Assembly (NCBI GenBank): GCA_028287285.1
Contig: JAQBPY010000254.1
Location: 1,507 to 65,506 of the forward strand
Direction: 5' to 3'
Origin: Gemmatimonadota bacterium
GTDB lineage: Bacteria > Gemmatimonadota > Gemmatimonadetes > Gemmatimonadales > Gemmatimonadaceae
DNA length: 64,000 nt
Below the pieces are notes generated by a model that was not told the DNA's origin, did not search any database, and was given only the letters and a program-made list of their open reading frames with translations. Every line of letters begins with the position of its first letter. Position 1 is the first letter of the stretch. Positions 17,864 through 26,789 of this stretch are shown here, in pieces. A program made the translations under genes and the position numbers.

Positions 17864-20248
17864 ATGATGTCACGGATGCAGTCTGGACCGCCGCTTCAGC
17901 CAGCCGAATGGCCTGTGATCACGCTTCGGGCGATCGCCGTATACCTGCTGTTGGCGTTCATGGCCTTCGCCCCTGCGTTCTTTCCATGGCAGCAGATCGC
18001 CGGCACGGACTACGTCACCGGCGGCTTCTACTTCCTGGAGTATGCCGCGCGCGCGCGGCAGGGGGGCCACTTCCCCACGTGGGTTCCCTACATCTTTGGC
18101 GGGGTTCCCATGTATGCGAACCCGGGCAGTCTGTTCTACCCCGCGCGGATGCTGTTCATCGAGATCCTGCCCCTCGAGCGTGTGATGCCGGCGCTGTACG
18201 TCGTGCAATTCGCGCTCGCCGGCATCGGCATGCATCTCTTTGCGCGGACCCTGGGTGTGCGTCCGTGGGTCGCGTTCCTTGGCGGCCTGCTCTATGAGTT
18301 CACCGGGGTCACGTTCTCGTACGTGTATGCCGGTCATGATGGCCGCATCATAGGCGCGACGCTCGCGCCGTTCCTGTTCTACTTCGTGACGGTGGCCGTG
18401 CGCACCGGCCGCGCATCCTGGTTCGCCGGCATTGCCGCGAGCGTCGGACTGATGCTGCTTTCCTTCCAGCTCCAGAGCACCTATTACGTGCTGCTCGGTG
18501 CCGGGGCATGGGCCGTGTTTCTCCTGGCGCGCGCGCGCGCCGGCATGCCCACGCCGGTGCTCGTGCGCCGTGCCGTGCTGGGTGGCGCGGCGGTGGCGTT
18601 CGGCTTCATGCTCGCTGCCGTGAATCTGCTTCCGTTCTCCGGCTATGTGGAGGATTCCCCGCGCAGCAGCGTGGCCAAGCGGGACTACGCGTTTTCCACG
18701 CAGTTCTCCATGCCGGTGGTGGAGACCGTGGGCCTGGCGGTGCCGGAGCAGGCGGGCCTGCTCGAGGAGTACAAGGGCGACAACCCCTTCAAGCTACATA
18801 CCGAGTACGTGGGCGCGATCGTCCTGCTGCTGCTCGTGGTGGGAGCGATGAGCTTTCAGCGGGATGCCGTCTGGCAGTTCATGGCCGGCCTCGCGCTGTT
18901 CATGCTGACCGTCTGTTACGGCTCGTATACGCCGCTCTACTCCCTCTATTACCGCGTTCTCCCCGGTACGACGAAGTTCCGCTCGCCCTCCATTGCGCTT
19001 TTCATGGTGTCCTTTGCGCTGGTCGTCATGGCCGTGCTCACACTGGAGAGCATGGCCGATGCGCTCGACGAACGACCAGCGTCGCGCGGCTTCGTCCTTC
19101 CGCGGCGCCTGCTGACGGCGCTCATCGGCGCGTCGGTGCTCATCGTCACCGTCGCACTCGGCACCGCGCTCGATGGCGGACACCGGGCGCTGGGGTGGGC
19201 GCGCTTTGGCGTGTGCCTGCTGCTCGCCTCGCTCATCGTCCGCACCTGGATCTTCGGGCGCATCAGGGTGCGCACGGCCTCCATACTGCTCAGCGTCCTG
19301 GCGGTGGCGGATCTCTGGGTCGTGGATCGCAACTTCCTGTGGACGCAGCCTGTCTCCGACATCGTCTACGCGGCGGATGACGTGGTTCACTTTCTCAAGT
19401 CCATGCCCGATGCGCGCGTGTGGGTATTTCCATTTCCCAATGCCGCGGGCGCGGAGCACTACATGGGCAACAAACGCTTCCCGCCCAATAGCGACTACCT
19501 AATGCACTTCGGCATCAGGCAGGCGGGAGGCGAGCATGGCAACCAGCCTTTCCGCTGGAATCGCCTCGCTGGAATCGGGACCACCGGTAATGTGGACTGG
19601 CACAACTTCGTGGAGTATCCCGCCATTCTTGGGGCGGCGGGAGTGAAGTACATCGTGAGCGCGGTGTCGCTGAGCATGGTGAAGGGCAAATCCCGCATGG
19701 GAATGAAAGGGCTGCGCGAGCTGTACCATGGAAGCGCGTACGTATACGAGAACGAGAGCGCCGTTCCGCGCGCCACGCTCGTGCCCTCCGCCGTGTCGGT
19801 GTCGTCGCCACAGGTCGCGGTCATCGCCATGCGGAACGCCGATTGGGACGCACGCAGGGTAGCGGTGGTGGAAGGTGCGTTGCCGGAGCTCGCGGATACG
19901 TCAGCGGCCGGCATGTCGGCGGCCAGCACGGTACGCATGGTCGTGGATGAACCCGAGCACGTTGCCATTCACGTGGATGCCGAACGCCCGGCGCTCCTCG
20001 TGCTCAGCGACAATTATGTCGAAGGATGGACGGCGCGCGTGGATGGAAGCACGGTCCCCATCCTGCGCACCAACCTCGCTTTTCGCGGCGTGCCCGTATC
20101 GAAGGGATCGCATGACGTGGTCTTCGAGTTCGCCCCACGCCGACTTTACGCGGGCATGTGGATGTCGTCGGTTGGCTGGACGGTGCTCCTGATCTCCGTC
20201 GCAGGGCTCGTGTTTACAGGACGGCGGCGCGAGCCGGCCATCGGCTAA
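17864..20248 (+). CDS. YfhO-like polytopic membrane protein (GT-C candidate), paralog 2
   Basis: 794 aa, co-linear by eye with 4291..6741 (GTDYVTGGFYFLEY, WVPYIFGGVPMYANPG, FSTQFSMP, HFGIRQAGGEHGNQ). C-terminal TM present. Confidence 0.6.
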   Translation: MMSRMQSGPPLQPAEWPVITLRAIAVYLLLAFMAFAPAFFPWQQIAGTDYVTGGFYFLEYAARARQGGHFPTWVPYIFGGVPMYANPGSLFYPARMLFIEILPLERVMPALYVVQFALAGIGMHLFARTLGVRPWVAFLGGLLYEFTGVTFSYVYAGHDGRIIGATLAPFLFYFVTVAVRTGRASWFAGIAASVGLMLLSFQLQSTYYVLLGAGAWAVFLLARARAGMPTPVLVRRAVLGGAAVAFGFMLAAVNLLPFSGYVEDSPRSSVAKRDYAFSTQFSMPVVETVGLAVPEQAGLLEEYKGDNPFKLHTEYVGAIVLLLLVVGAMSFQRDAVWQFMAGLALFMLTVCYGSYTPLYSLYYRVLPGTTKFRSPSIALFMVSFALVVMAVLTLESMADALDERPASRGFVLPRRLLTALIGASVLIVTVALGTALDGGHRALGWARFGVCLLLASLIVRTWIFGRIRVRTASILLSVLAVADLWVVDRNFLWTQPVSDIVYAADDVVHFLKSMPDARVWVFPFPNAAGAEHYMGNKRFPPNSDYLMHFGIRQAGGEHGNQPFRWNRLAGIGTTGNVDWHNFVEYPAILGAAGVKYIVSAVSLSMVKGKSRMGMKGLRELYHGSAYVYENESAVPRATLVPSAVSVSSPQVAVIAMRNADWDARRVAVVEGALPELADTSAAGMSAASTVRMVVDEPEHVAIHVDAERPALLVLSDNYVEGWTARVDGSTVPILRTNLAFRGVPVSKGSHDVVFEFAPRRLYAGMWMSSVGWTVLLISVAGLVFTGRRREPAIG

Positions 20249-22500
20249 CGGCCGATGACGGGGGCGTAGCCCAGCCCGGTGGGCGCCTCGAGCACGGGGC
20301 CGCGGCGGAGATAGCGCACAAAATCCACCGCACGCCCCATCCGCAGCACATCGTCGCGCAGGCGTTTCGCGCCCGCGTGATTGCCCGTTGAATCCTGTGC
20401 ATCGGCAAGGGCAACGCCGATGCGCAGGTACAGGTAGGGCATGTTCGCCGAGGCTTCGTCCGTCCATACGCCGCGCGCACCCATGGATTCGCGTGCGTGG
20501 AGATGATCCCAGAGCGATTGCGTCCGGGCCACGTCGAGCAGGCCCACATGCTTCGTCATGATGGCGCCGGGTATCGCGGCGGCGTTCGGCACGACCTTGC
20601 GCGCGAGACCCTGGGTGAGCAGGTGGGGCTTGAGGAAATTGTCGATGACTTCAGACCCTGCGGCCCCGCTGAAGTACACAGGCCGCGCCCGTCCCGCGGT
20701 CTGGATGATGCGCATCATGACCAGCACGTCGCGGTCGATGGTCATTGCCGGAATGGTGAGGTCGAAACCCGGCATTCGAACGCTCTGTGCCCGGAGTGTG
20801 CGTGTATGTGCGGGAATCGAGTCAGCCTGCGCGAGCGTGAAATCGAGCACGGGCTGGCGAAGCGGCGTCACCGGCACGGTGCGGTAGATGGCCGGCCCCG
20901 TGGCGGCATCGTACGGCTCGGGCACGCGTGCGATCAGCTCCCGCGCGTACCAGTCGGTGGACAGGTATGGCGTGAGCACGACGGATACATCGCGGCGCAC
21001 GCCAAGCACCTGCTGTGCGAACCAGAGAGGAAACGAATCGTTGTCGCCGCCGGTAAAGAGAATGGCATTGGGCTCGACGCTGTTGAGCATGTCGACGGCG
21101 AAGTCCTGGGCGAAGCGATCCGCTCGGCGCGATGCCGAGCTCCAATTGGCGAAGAACGGAATGAGCGCGACGGCAAGGACGACCGACGTGAGGGGCCAGC
21201 GCCGCTCGAGCAGCTCCGCCCATGGATCATCCTGGGATGGGGTATTGGTGGTGGAGAACTCCGACAGGGCCTTCCAGACAAAGGCGAGACCCAGGCCGAT
21301 CCAGATGGCGAGCGCGGAGAAGCTCCAGAGGTAGAAGTAATCCCTGTCGCGTGTTTCGCGCGCGTTGGGATCGGCAATCATCATGGTGATGGCCTGGGTG
21401 TAGCCGAGCTTGAAGTTCAGGTAGACGATGAGGCCGGCTGTGAGCGTGGCGACCAGCGTGGCGAAGGGGACGAATGTCTGCCGGTCGTAGCGCCAGTGCG
21501 CGTAGGCTCCCGCACCGGCGAGGAGCAGCATGAGGATGGCGAGGGCACTCTGGGCCTCGGGAGCGGTCCACCGCACGTCTCGCAGCCACTGCCACTTGAA
21601 GTACATCCACCACATGGCGACCTGGTTGGGCAGTGTCTGCTGCCGGTCCAGGATGGAGGGCTTGGCGTACTGTGTTCGATTGTGCGCGTAGAGAAATCGG
21701 TTGACGGTCTCGCGGCTGACGGTGCAGCCCCAGTGTGGACGTCCATCTTCGCACGCCGTTGGATGCCCCTCATTGATGTCGAGGCGAAATGCGGCGCGAA
21801 TGGGCAGTGCGGCGAAGGGTGTGAACCCCAACAGGAACAATGCACCGCATGCCATGAGGAATCGGGTGCGGCGCAGCGTGCTCGGCCGAGTGTACAGCAC
21901 TGCGGCGAGCACTGCGGGGCCGGCAAGCAGGCCGGCGATGTGCACGGTATATCCGAGGCCCAGCCGGTAGCAGATGAGCATGAGCCGACGGTCCGCGGCG
22001 GGGCCATCGGGGTTGGACTGCCATCGGATCGCGGTCCAGACGTCGAGCACGAGGAGGAAGAGCGAGATGGTGTAGACCTTCTCGTTCACGACGGACTGGT
22101 TCCAGACGGTAAACGCGGTGGCGCCGAGGATCGCGCAGGCGGCGGCAGCGTATCGTGCCCGTGGCACGGTGAGCCAGTGTCGCACGACGTGCTCGGCGAC
22201 CAGGAACCAGAGACCGGAGGACAGTGCACTCGCGAGCGCGACCAGGACGTTGAGGCGCATCGCCGCGGTGCGGGCGAGGGGCAGCATCGTCGCTAGGCGG
22301 CCGAGCAGCAGGAATCCGGGATTTCCGGGCGGATGCGGAATGCCCATGCCCACGGCGGCGGCAACGTATTCGCCGGAGTCCCAGAGCCCGATGGTTGGTG
22401 CGAGCGTGAGCAGGTAGAGCGCAAAAACGCCGAGTGCTACGCCCGCTGCCGTTCGGTAGGAGGGCGTGGCGATCACATGGTCATTCTGCGCGATCGTCAA
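20245..22500 (-). CDS. DUF2723 (TMEM260-like) GT-C family membrane protein, paralog 2
   Basis: LAPTIGLWDSGEYVAAAVGMGIPHPPGNPGF. Co-linear with 7669..9963 down to the C-terminus (LEAPTGLGYAPVIGR vs LEAPTGLGYAPVTGP). Track start 22500 is TTG; GTG 22476 is an alternative. Confidence 0.7.
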   Translation of the reverse strand: MTIAQNDHVIATPSYRTAAGVALGVFALYLLTLAPTIGLWDSGEYVAAAVGMGIPHPPGNPGFLLLGRLATMLPLARTAAMRLNVLVALASALSSGLWFLVAEHVVRHWLTVPRARYAAAACAILGATAFTVWNQSVVNEKVYTISLFLLVLDVWTAIRWQSNPDGPAADRRLMLICYRLGLGYTVHIAGLLAGPAVLAAVLYTRPSTLRRTRFLMACGALFLLGFTPFAALPIRAAFRLDINEGHPTACEDGRPHWGCTVSRETVNRFLYAHNRTQYAKPSILDRQQTLPNQVAMWWMYFKWQWLRDVRWTAPEAQSALAILMLLLAGAGAYAHWRYDRQTFVPFATLVATLTAGLIVYLNFKLGYTQAITMMIADPNARETRDRDYFYLWSFSALAIWIGLGLAFVWKALSEFSTTNTPSQDDPWAELLERRWPLTSVVLAVALIPFFANWSSASRRADRFAQDFAVDMLNSVEPNAILFTGGDNDSFPLWFAQQVLGVRRDVSVVLTPYLSTDWYARELIARVPEPYDAATGPAIYRTVPVTPLRQPVLDFTLAQADSIPAHTRTLRAQSVRMPGFDLTIPAMTIDRDVLVMMRIIQTAGRARPVYFSGAAGSEVIDNFLKPHLLTQGLARKVVPNAAAIPGAIMTKHVGLLDVARTQSLWDHLHARESMGARGVWTDEASANMPYLYLRIGVALADAQDSTGNHAGAKRLRDDVLRMGRAVDFVRYLRRGPVLEAPTGLGYAPVIGR

Positions 22501-22705
22501 TGCGCCCTATTTGGGCGCCAGGGGGTAACGCCTGTGTTCCGGGCCTTCGGTGTACCAGGCAACGAGGAAGGAAAAACCCTGTGGTAGGGAACGTAGACGC
22601 ACGCGGCGGTGGCTCGAGACACGGAATCCCCAGCTATGCCGTCTCGGCTGCCAGGTCGGTTCCTGATTCCGAACTTAATGCGTAATTCGAGCTCCGCCAA
22701 GCGTT

Positions 22706-22818
22706 TATCGCCGGACGCCTGTGCGCGTGTCGGGATACTGTCCCGGTCCTTTGCGCCAGATGTGTCACCAGTGGTGGAGAGTTTCTCCCGACAGTCGCTG
22801 CGCTCCTGCGGGATGACA
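22706..22818. repeat. BIME-like composite element: two inverted family-A REP-like hairpin units plus linker
   Basis: Left unit ends ...gtgcgcgtgtcgggata and the linker contains tgcgccaga. Right unit is tctcccgacagtcgctgcgctcctgcgggatgaca. It aligns along its length with the copy at 38642..38758. Confidence 0.7.
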
Positions 22819-22906
22819 GTGGCTGCTTCGCTGCTGCAGGATGACAGTGGCTGCTTCGCTGGCTGCAGGATGACAGTCGCTGTTTTCGGTGCTGTCATCC
22901 CGGAGG
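22808..22906. repeat. Three tandem 28-29 bp units derived from the family-A repeat, closed by an inverted gtcatcc
   Basis: Units: gcgggatgacagtggctgcttcgctgct / gcaggatgacagtggctgcttcgctggct / gcaggatgacagtcgctgttttcggtgct. The last unit contains an 8-bp inverted repeat gatgacag...ctgtcatc. Confidence 0.75.
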
Positions 22907-23149
22907 CCCTTCGATCGTCGACGTGAGCACCCTGACAATCGACGACATCGAAAGCATGGACGTGCACCCCCGAAGCAATACCGAGCGGGACACGGTGAAC
23001 ATCACACGATGTATGTCTTGCCGGCGACGTATGGCTGGCTGCGCTAAGGACGGTTGTCTGGATTTTGTATGCGTGTCGAAGAAATGGGAACGTTGGCACG
23101 CGGTTGATCATACCAAGACGCATACGACACCTCACTCACGGAGAGTCTC

Positions 23150-23563
23150 ATGCGCACGCCTTGTCTCATCGCTCTTGGTTCAATGATCTCACTCGCCGCC
23201 TGCGCGAGAACCACCGCCTCCCTGCTGACGCCCGGTACATCACTGCCCGCTACCTGCGAAAGCGCGATCATGGTTTACGACACGCCGGCGCAGGCGCCGT
23301 CGGGCTACAAAGAAGTGGCGCTCATCAAGTCGGAAGGGCACGGTCTCCTCACGTCACCGGCCGCGATGCGCCGAAGCATGCGCTCGAAAGCAGCGTCCGT
23401 AGGCGCCACGGGCATCATCCTTACCGGAATCGACGGCCCGGGCACTGTCTCGGCAGCCGTGGAGACCGCGCTCAGCATTCCATCGCGTCGAGAAGGTATG
23501 GCGCTCGCTATCTATTCACCGGCTGATAGCTCACGTACCTCAGCCTGTACCACGCAACGATGA
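23150..23563 (+). CDS. Small lipoprotein, unknown function
   Basis: GGAGAG Shine-Dalgarno upstream of the ATG. Signal MRTPCLIALGSMISLAAC (lipobox LAAC). 137 aa. Confidence 0.55.
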   Translation: MRTPCLIALGSMISLAACARTTASLLTPGTSLPATCESAIMVYDTPAQAPSGYKEVALIKSEGHGLLTSPAAMRRSMRSKAASVGATGIILTGIDGPGTVSAAVETALSIPSRREGMALAIYSPADSSRTSACTTQR

Positions 23564-23597
23564 ACACGTGCACGACACGGCGAGACGGCAACCCTTT

Positions 23598-23668
23598 GTC
23601 GTCCTGAGCGCAGCAAAGGACCTGTTTTCATGTCGGACGAGCAGGTCCCTCGCTGTACTCAGGACGAC
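23598..23668. repeat. Inverted pair of family-B REP-like units (long hairpin between convergent genes)
   Basis: gtcgtcctgagcgcagcaaaggacctg, a 17-nt linker, then caggtccctcgctgtactcaggacgac. Lies between the lipoprotein stop (23563) and the tspO stop (23698). Confidence 0.7.
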
Positions 23669-23697
23669 AGCGCCATCACAACGTGTGTCACAATCCA

Positions 23698-24336
23698 CTA
23701 CACACCCTCGAGCGCAGCGATCACATGGCGCTCGGTGACGGGACGATTCAGGCGCACGATCTCCGCATTGAGATACCCCGCGAACGTGACCCACCCGAGG
23801 TACGGAATCATCAGCGCTGCAGCGCCCCTGTCCACCTTTCGCGCCGAGGCAGTGAAGCCGCCAATCGCGCCTGTGAGGGCCACGAGATCCGCGAGCGCGG
23901 CGCGCGGCTTCCGCTCGCCGAAAAACAGCGGCGTCCACGCTGCGTTCAACGACATCTGCGCCGCCCACCACACGAGCGCCTCACTCCTTGCTCGGCTCCG
24001 CGGCGCTCGATACACGCGCCATCCCGCCACGGCGATCATTCCGTAGAGCGCCGCCCACACCGGACCACGCACCGCCGGCGGCGGATTGAAGCGCGACGTC
24101 TTCTGCGCCGCGTACCAGAGCTCGGTGTCCGGGTTCCGAGGTGTCGGGTTGAACTGCGATCCGTATGCGGCCGCGGCAGTGGTGACAGCCAGGAAACCGA
24201 CGAGCGGTGCATACTGGGCGGCGGAGCCACGAACCGCGGCAAGCGCGCGCGTGCTCCGCTTCACGACGCGTGGTGCCTTTCGGTTCCTGCGCACCACGGC
24301 TGTCACAGGACGGGTTTTTGGTAGCGTTGGTGACAT
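23698..24336 (-). CDS. tspO: TspO/MBR family tryptophan-rich sensory protein
   Basis: FNPPPAVRGPVWAALYGMIAVAGW, LNAAWTPLFFG and LMIPYLGWVTFAGYLNAEIVRLN match TspO signature regions. About 60-aa basic N-terminal extension. Confidence 0.8.
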   Translation of the reverse strand: MSPTLPKTRPVTAVVRRNRKAPRVVKRSTRALAAVRGSAAQYAPLVGFLAVTTAAAAYGSQFNPTPRNPDTELWYAAQKTSRFNPPPAVRGPVWAALYGMIAVAGWRVYRAPRSRARSEALVWWAAQMSLNAAWTPLFFGERKPRAALADLVALTGAIGGFTASARKVDRGAAALMIPYLGWVTFAGYLNAEIVRLNRPVTERHVIAALEGV

Positions 24337-24648
24337 GATGTGCTCGATTGCCTGTAGTCAGTGTGTTTGGCACTTGCAGGCATCATTCGCGCCATCCGCC
24401 GTGTGGCGAATGCGTCGGCGTGGACGCACCGCTGCCAGGACGACGCGCGCCGAGCTCACACATGATGCGCGACAGAATTCGCTGAATCGAGCGCGGAAAG
24501 CACGGTAGCTGCTTCGCTCCCTTGGCCGCCTCATAGCTGTCGCCGCGGTAGAGCGAACGGACGTGGCCACGAGACTGGAGAGCCGATAGACGATTGCCGG
24601 GCCGATTGCCACATCCAGGATGACGGAACCGAACGTGAGACACGCTCC

Positions 24649-25590
24649 TTAGAAGATGTACGGCAGCAGTTGCTGATCCACACCAAACACGAATTGCCTG
24701 TCGCTGCCAAAGATGGCGCCCACGTGATATTTGCCGCGCGCCCAGTACACGCCCCCGCGATGGCGAAGCTGCCACGGATTGTTCAGCGGCGTATCTCCGC
24801 GTCCCACCAGAAATCCTCCGGCCGATTGCTGGCATGGTCTGAGGAGATCGGCAAAGCGCCCGGTGCCGCAGTCGACGCCGAAGTTGTAGCGGCGAAGCCC
24901 GAGCTGCGCACTCGTCACCACGCGCGCCTGAAACGGACCGCTCGTGCCCCGCGTTGCGGTAAGATCGGTGGTGCGATACGTCGCCACCAGCTCGTTGGGC
25001 GTGGGCCGTCCGTTTACGCTCGGCAGGAAGCCTGGAATCCACAGCTGTGCCACGTAGTTGAGCAGCACTTCGGCCGCGTTCAATCGCGGCGCATCCGGCC
25101 CGTACTTGATGAAGAAGCGCCGAAGGTTGTCCTTGTTCGCCGCGAGCTGCACTGCGGTGAGCTTGTCCTGCAGCGTGTCGAGTGGCGGCCACAGCGAATC
25201 CCGGGCGGACTTCGGCAACTTGTCGCGGAGCATCGGATACAGCTCGCCGTTGGCAATGAGACGGACCGTCGTGATGGAATCCACGATGCCCACGCTCCAC
25301 CGGTCACGATTCCAGCCGGCAATGGTCGGGAGGTCCATGGCACGACCGACGTAGACGTCGATCACCTGTCCCAGACTGGCATCGAGCAGACGAACCCGGT
25401 CGAAGTAGGACTCCAGTGCGCGCATGTGCGCGTCGGAGGCCGCATTCGACGACGCAAAGTTCACGCGGTCCGCGGCCGCCCGCAAGTTGACGAACACATC
25501 ACGCAACGTGAAAGGTGCCGGCTCCTGCGCGATGAGGGGCGTTGCGCACAGATACAGCATGACGCTCGCGGCCCTCACGGCACGACGCAT
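24649..25590 (-). CDS. Secreted protein of unknown function, possibly outer-membrane associated
   Basis: ATG 25590 shares 1 nt with the upstream TGA (TGATG). Signal peptide MRRAVRAASVMLYLCATPLIAQEP. C-terminus ...FVFGVDQQLLPYIF ends in an aromatic residue, as OMP barrels do. Confidence 0.5.
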   Translation of the reverse strand: MRRAVRAASVMLYLCATPLIAQEPAPFTLRDVFVNLRAAADRVNFASSNAASDAHMRALESYFDRVRLLDASLGQVIDVYVGRAMDLPTIAGWNRDRWSVGIVDSITTVRLIANGELYPMLRDKLPKSARDSLWPPLDTLQDKLTAVQLAANKDNLRRFFIKYGPDAPRLNAAEVLLNYVAQLWIPGFLPSVNGRPTPNELVATYRTTDLTATRGTSGPFQARVVTSAQLGLRRYNFGVDCGTGRFADLLRPCQQSAGGFLVGRGDTPLNNPWQLRHRGGVYWARGKYHVGAIFGSDRQFVFGVDQQLLPYIF

Positions 25591-26558
25591 CACGCGAGCC
25601 ATCCCTTGAGGTCTGCTGCATGGCGCTGCACGTACTGCCCCCAATCATGCGGATTGTTCGGCGTAATGGTGGGCGGACCACCATTCTGCAGCGCACTTTG
25701 CAGGATGTTCACGAGTGTCAACGATTCGGATCCATTTACCGATGCGAGCTGCTCCTGGTCGATGAACGTCGTCTGTCCCGGCAGCTTCATGTACGCCCAG
25801 TCGAGCTGCTTGCGAAGCAGGTATCCGCCCACGGGATCAAGGTTGCCGGTGATCGCAACGGTCCGTCTCGCACACGGTACAACGATTCCACTGGGCGTCG
25901 TCTCCGACGGGATGTCGAGCGAAGGCCTGGAGACGCTGTAGATCGTCGACTGCTGCGGCACGGCGCCGCCGAGTGCCGTTCCCACATACCGAATGAGCTG
26001 GACGGGTGACGCCATCATGATCAGGTTGTCCAGCACGAACCCTGACGACGCGGGCGAAAGCCCGGACGTCGGCGTGGCGGCCGCGTAACTCAACGCCTCA
26101 TAGGTGTGGAAGTTCCCCATGCTGTGTGCAATGATCGAGACGCGCTGGTCATTCGTTCGCACTCCCGAGCTGGTGCCGTCGCGCGTGATCTGGAGCAGCT
26201 GCGCAACGAGTGCGGTCCGTATGGCGAGACGGGCCTCGGCCACGAGGACGGGCCAGATCACGTCGCCGCCAAAGCTCGCGGCAACGTTGCCAAGGGCGGA
26301 GCCGTCGTAGTTCTGCCTGATGACATTGACGAGCTGCGTAAACAGCACGTTCGCGTGAATCTTGTCCGCGACAGCCTGGTCGATCACATCGTAGTAGAGG
26401 AAGTAGATGGCGATCGATTGTGCCTCGGCGCCCAGAATGGCCTGGAGCTGCTGCACGAGTGGCGTGTAGTCGCCTGGCTGCGCGTTGCCGATGCCGTGGA
26501 CAAAGAGAATGGCCCGGTCGCCGGGCCACGGCTGGGATTGCGGGTCCTGGACCGACAT
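25590..26558 (-). CDS. Alpha/beta-hydrolase, lipase/esterase-like, no signal peptide
   Basis: AILFVHGIGN and nucleophile-elbow IIAHSMGN (GxSxG type). Start is ATG 26558 with AGGA upstream. The track ORF extends to 26651. Confidence 0.6.
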   Translation of the reverse strand: MSVQDPQSQPWPGDRAILFVHGIGNAQPGDYTPLVQQLQAILGAEAQSIAIYFLYYDVIDQAVADKIHANVLFTQLVNVIRQNYDGSALGNVAASFGGDVIWPVLVAEARLAIRTALVAQLLQITRDGTSSGVRTNDQRVSIIAHSMGNFHTYEALSYAAATPTSGLSPASSGFVLDNLIMMASPVQLIRYVGTALGGAVPQQSTIYSVSRPSLDIPSETTPSGIVVPCARRTVAITGNLDPVGGYLLRKQLDWAYMKLPGQTTFIDQEQLASVNGSESLTLVNILQSALQNGGPPTITPNNPHDWGQYVQRHAADLKGWLA

Positions 26559-26789
26559 GAAGATCCTGTGCGGTGGTCGAGGCAATAGGGGTTGCCGGCT
26601 CCGGTGTCGGGCGGCGCGTGGTAGCGAAGGTATAACGCGCCAGCGCCTCACGCATCATGTATTGCCAGTGGGCACTGCTGCGAAAGTACATGAGAATATT
26701 CTTATCAAGTTGACGTAGTGGACGATGGTTGCGACGTCTCCCTCATTGTCTGATACTCAGGGCGACAGGTATCTCTGACAAGGGACGTC

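Noticed and set aside
17625-17873. 82-aa Cys-containing small ORF just upstream of and overlapping the rSAM start, considered as an alternative precursor
   Set aside because: Many codons end in A/T (tta, tta, tat, att, aga, ttt and others), unlike genuine genes here. It starts inside the YfhO-2 coding region and overlaps the rSAM N-terminus by 68 nt.
22540-22600. ccaggcaacgaggaaggaaaaaccc resembling the SRP RNA domain IV GGAA loop region
   Set aside because: It lacks the conserved AGCA/GNAR symmetric-loop partners and a closing helix. The resemblance is superficial.
22497-23135. 212-aa minus-strand ORF in the long intergenic region
   Set aside because: It runs through REP-like repeats and tandem arrays, has odd composition and no motif or Shine-Dalgarno. 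It is most likely non-coding.
24337-24648. 312-nt gap between tspO and the secreted-protein gene, examined for a small gene or gene remnant
   Set aside because: Only weak ORFs (for example the 84-aa ORF at 24358..24612) with no motif. Some fragments resemble REP units (gctgcttcgct, ccaggatgac) but are too degenerate to call.
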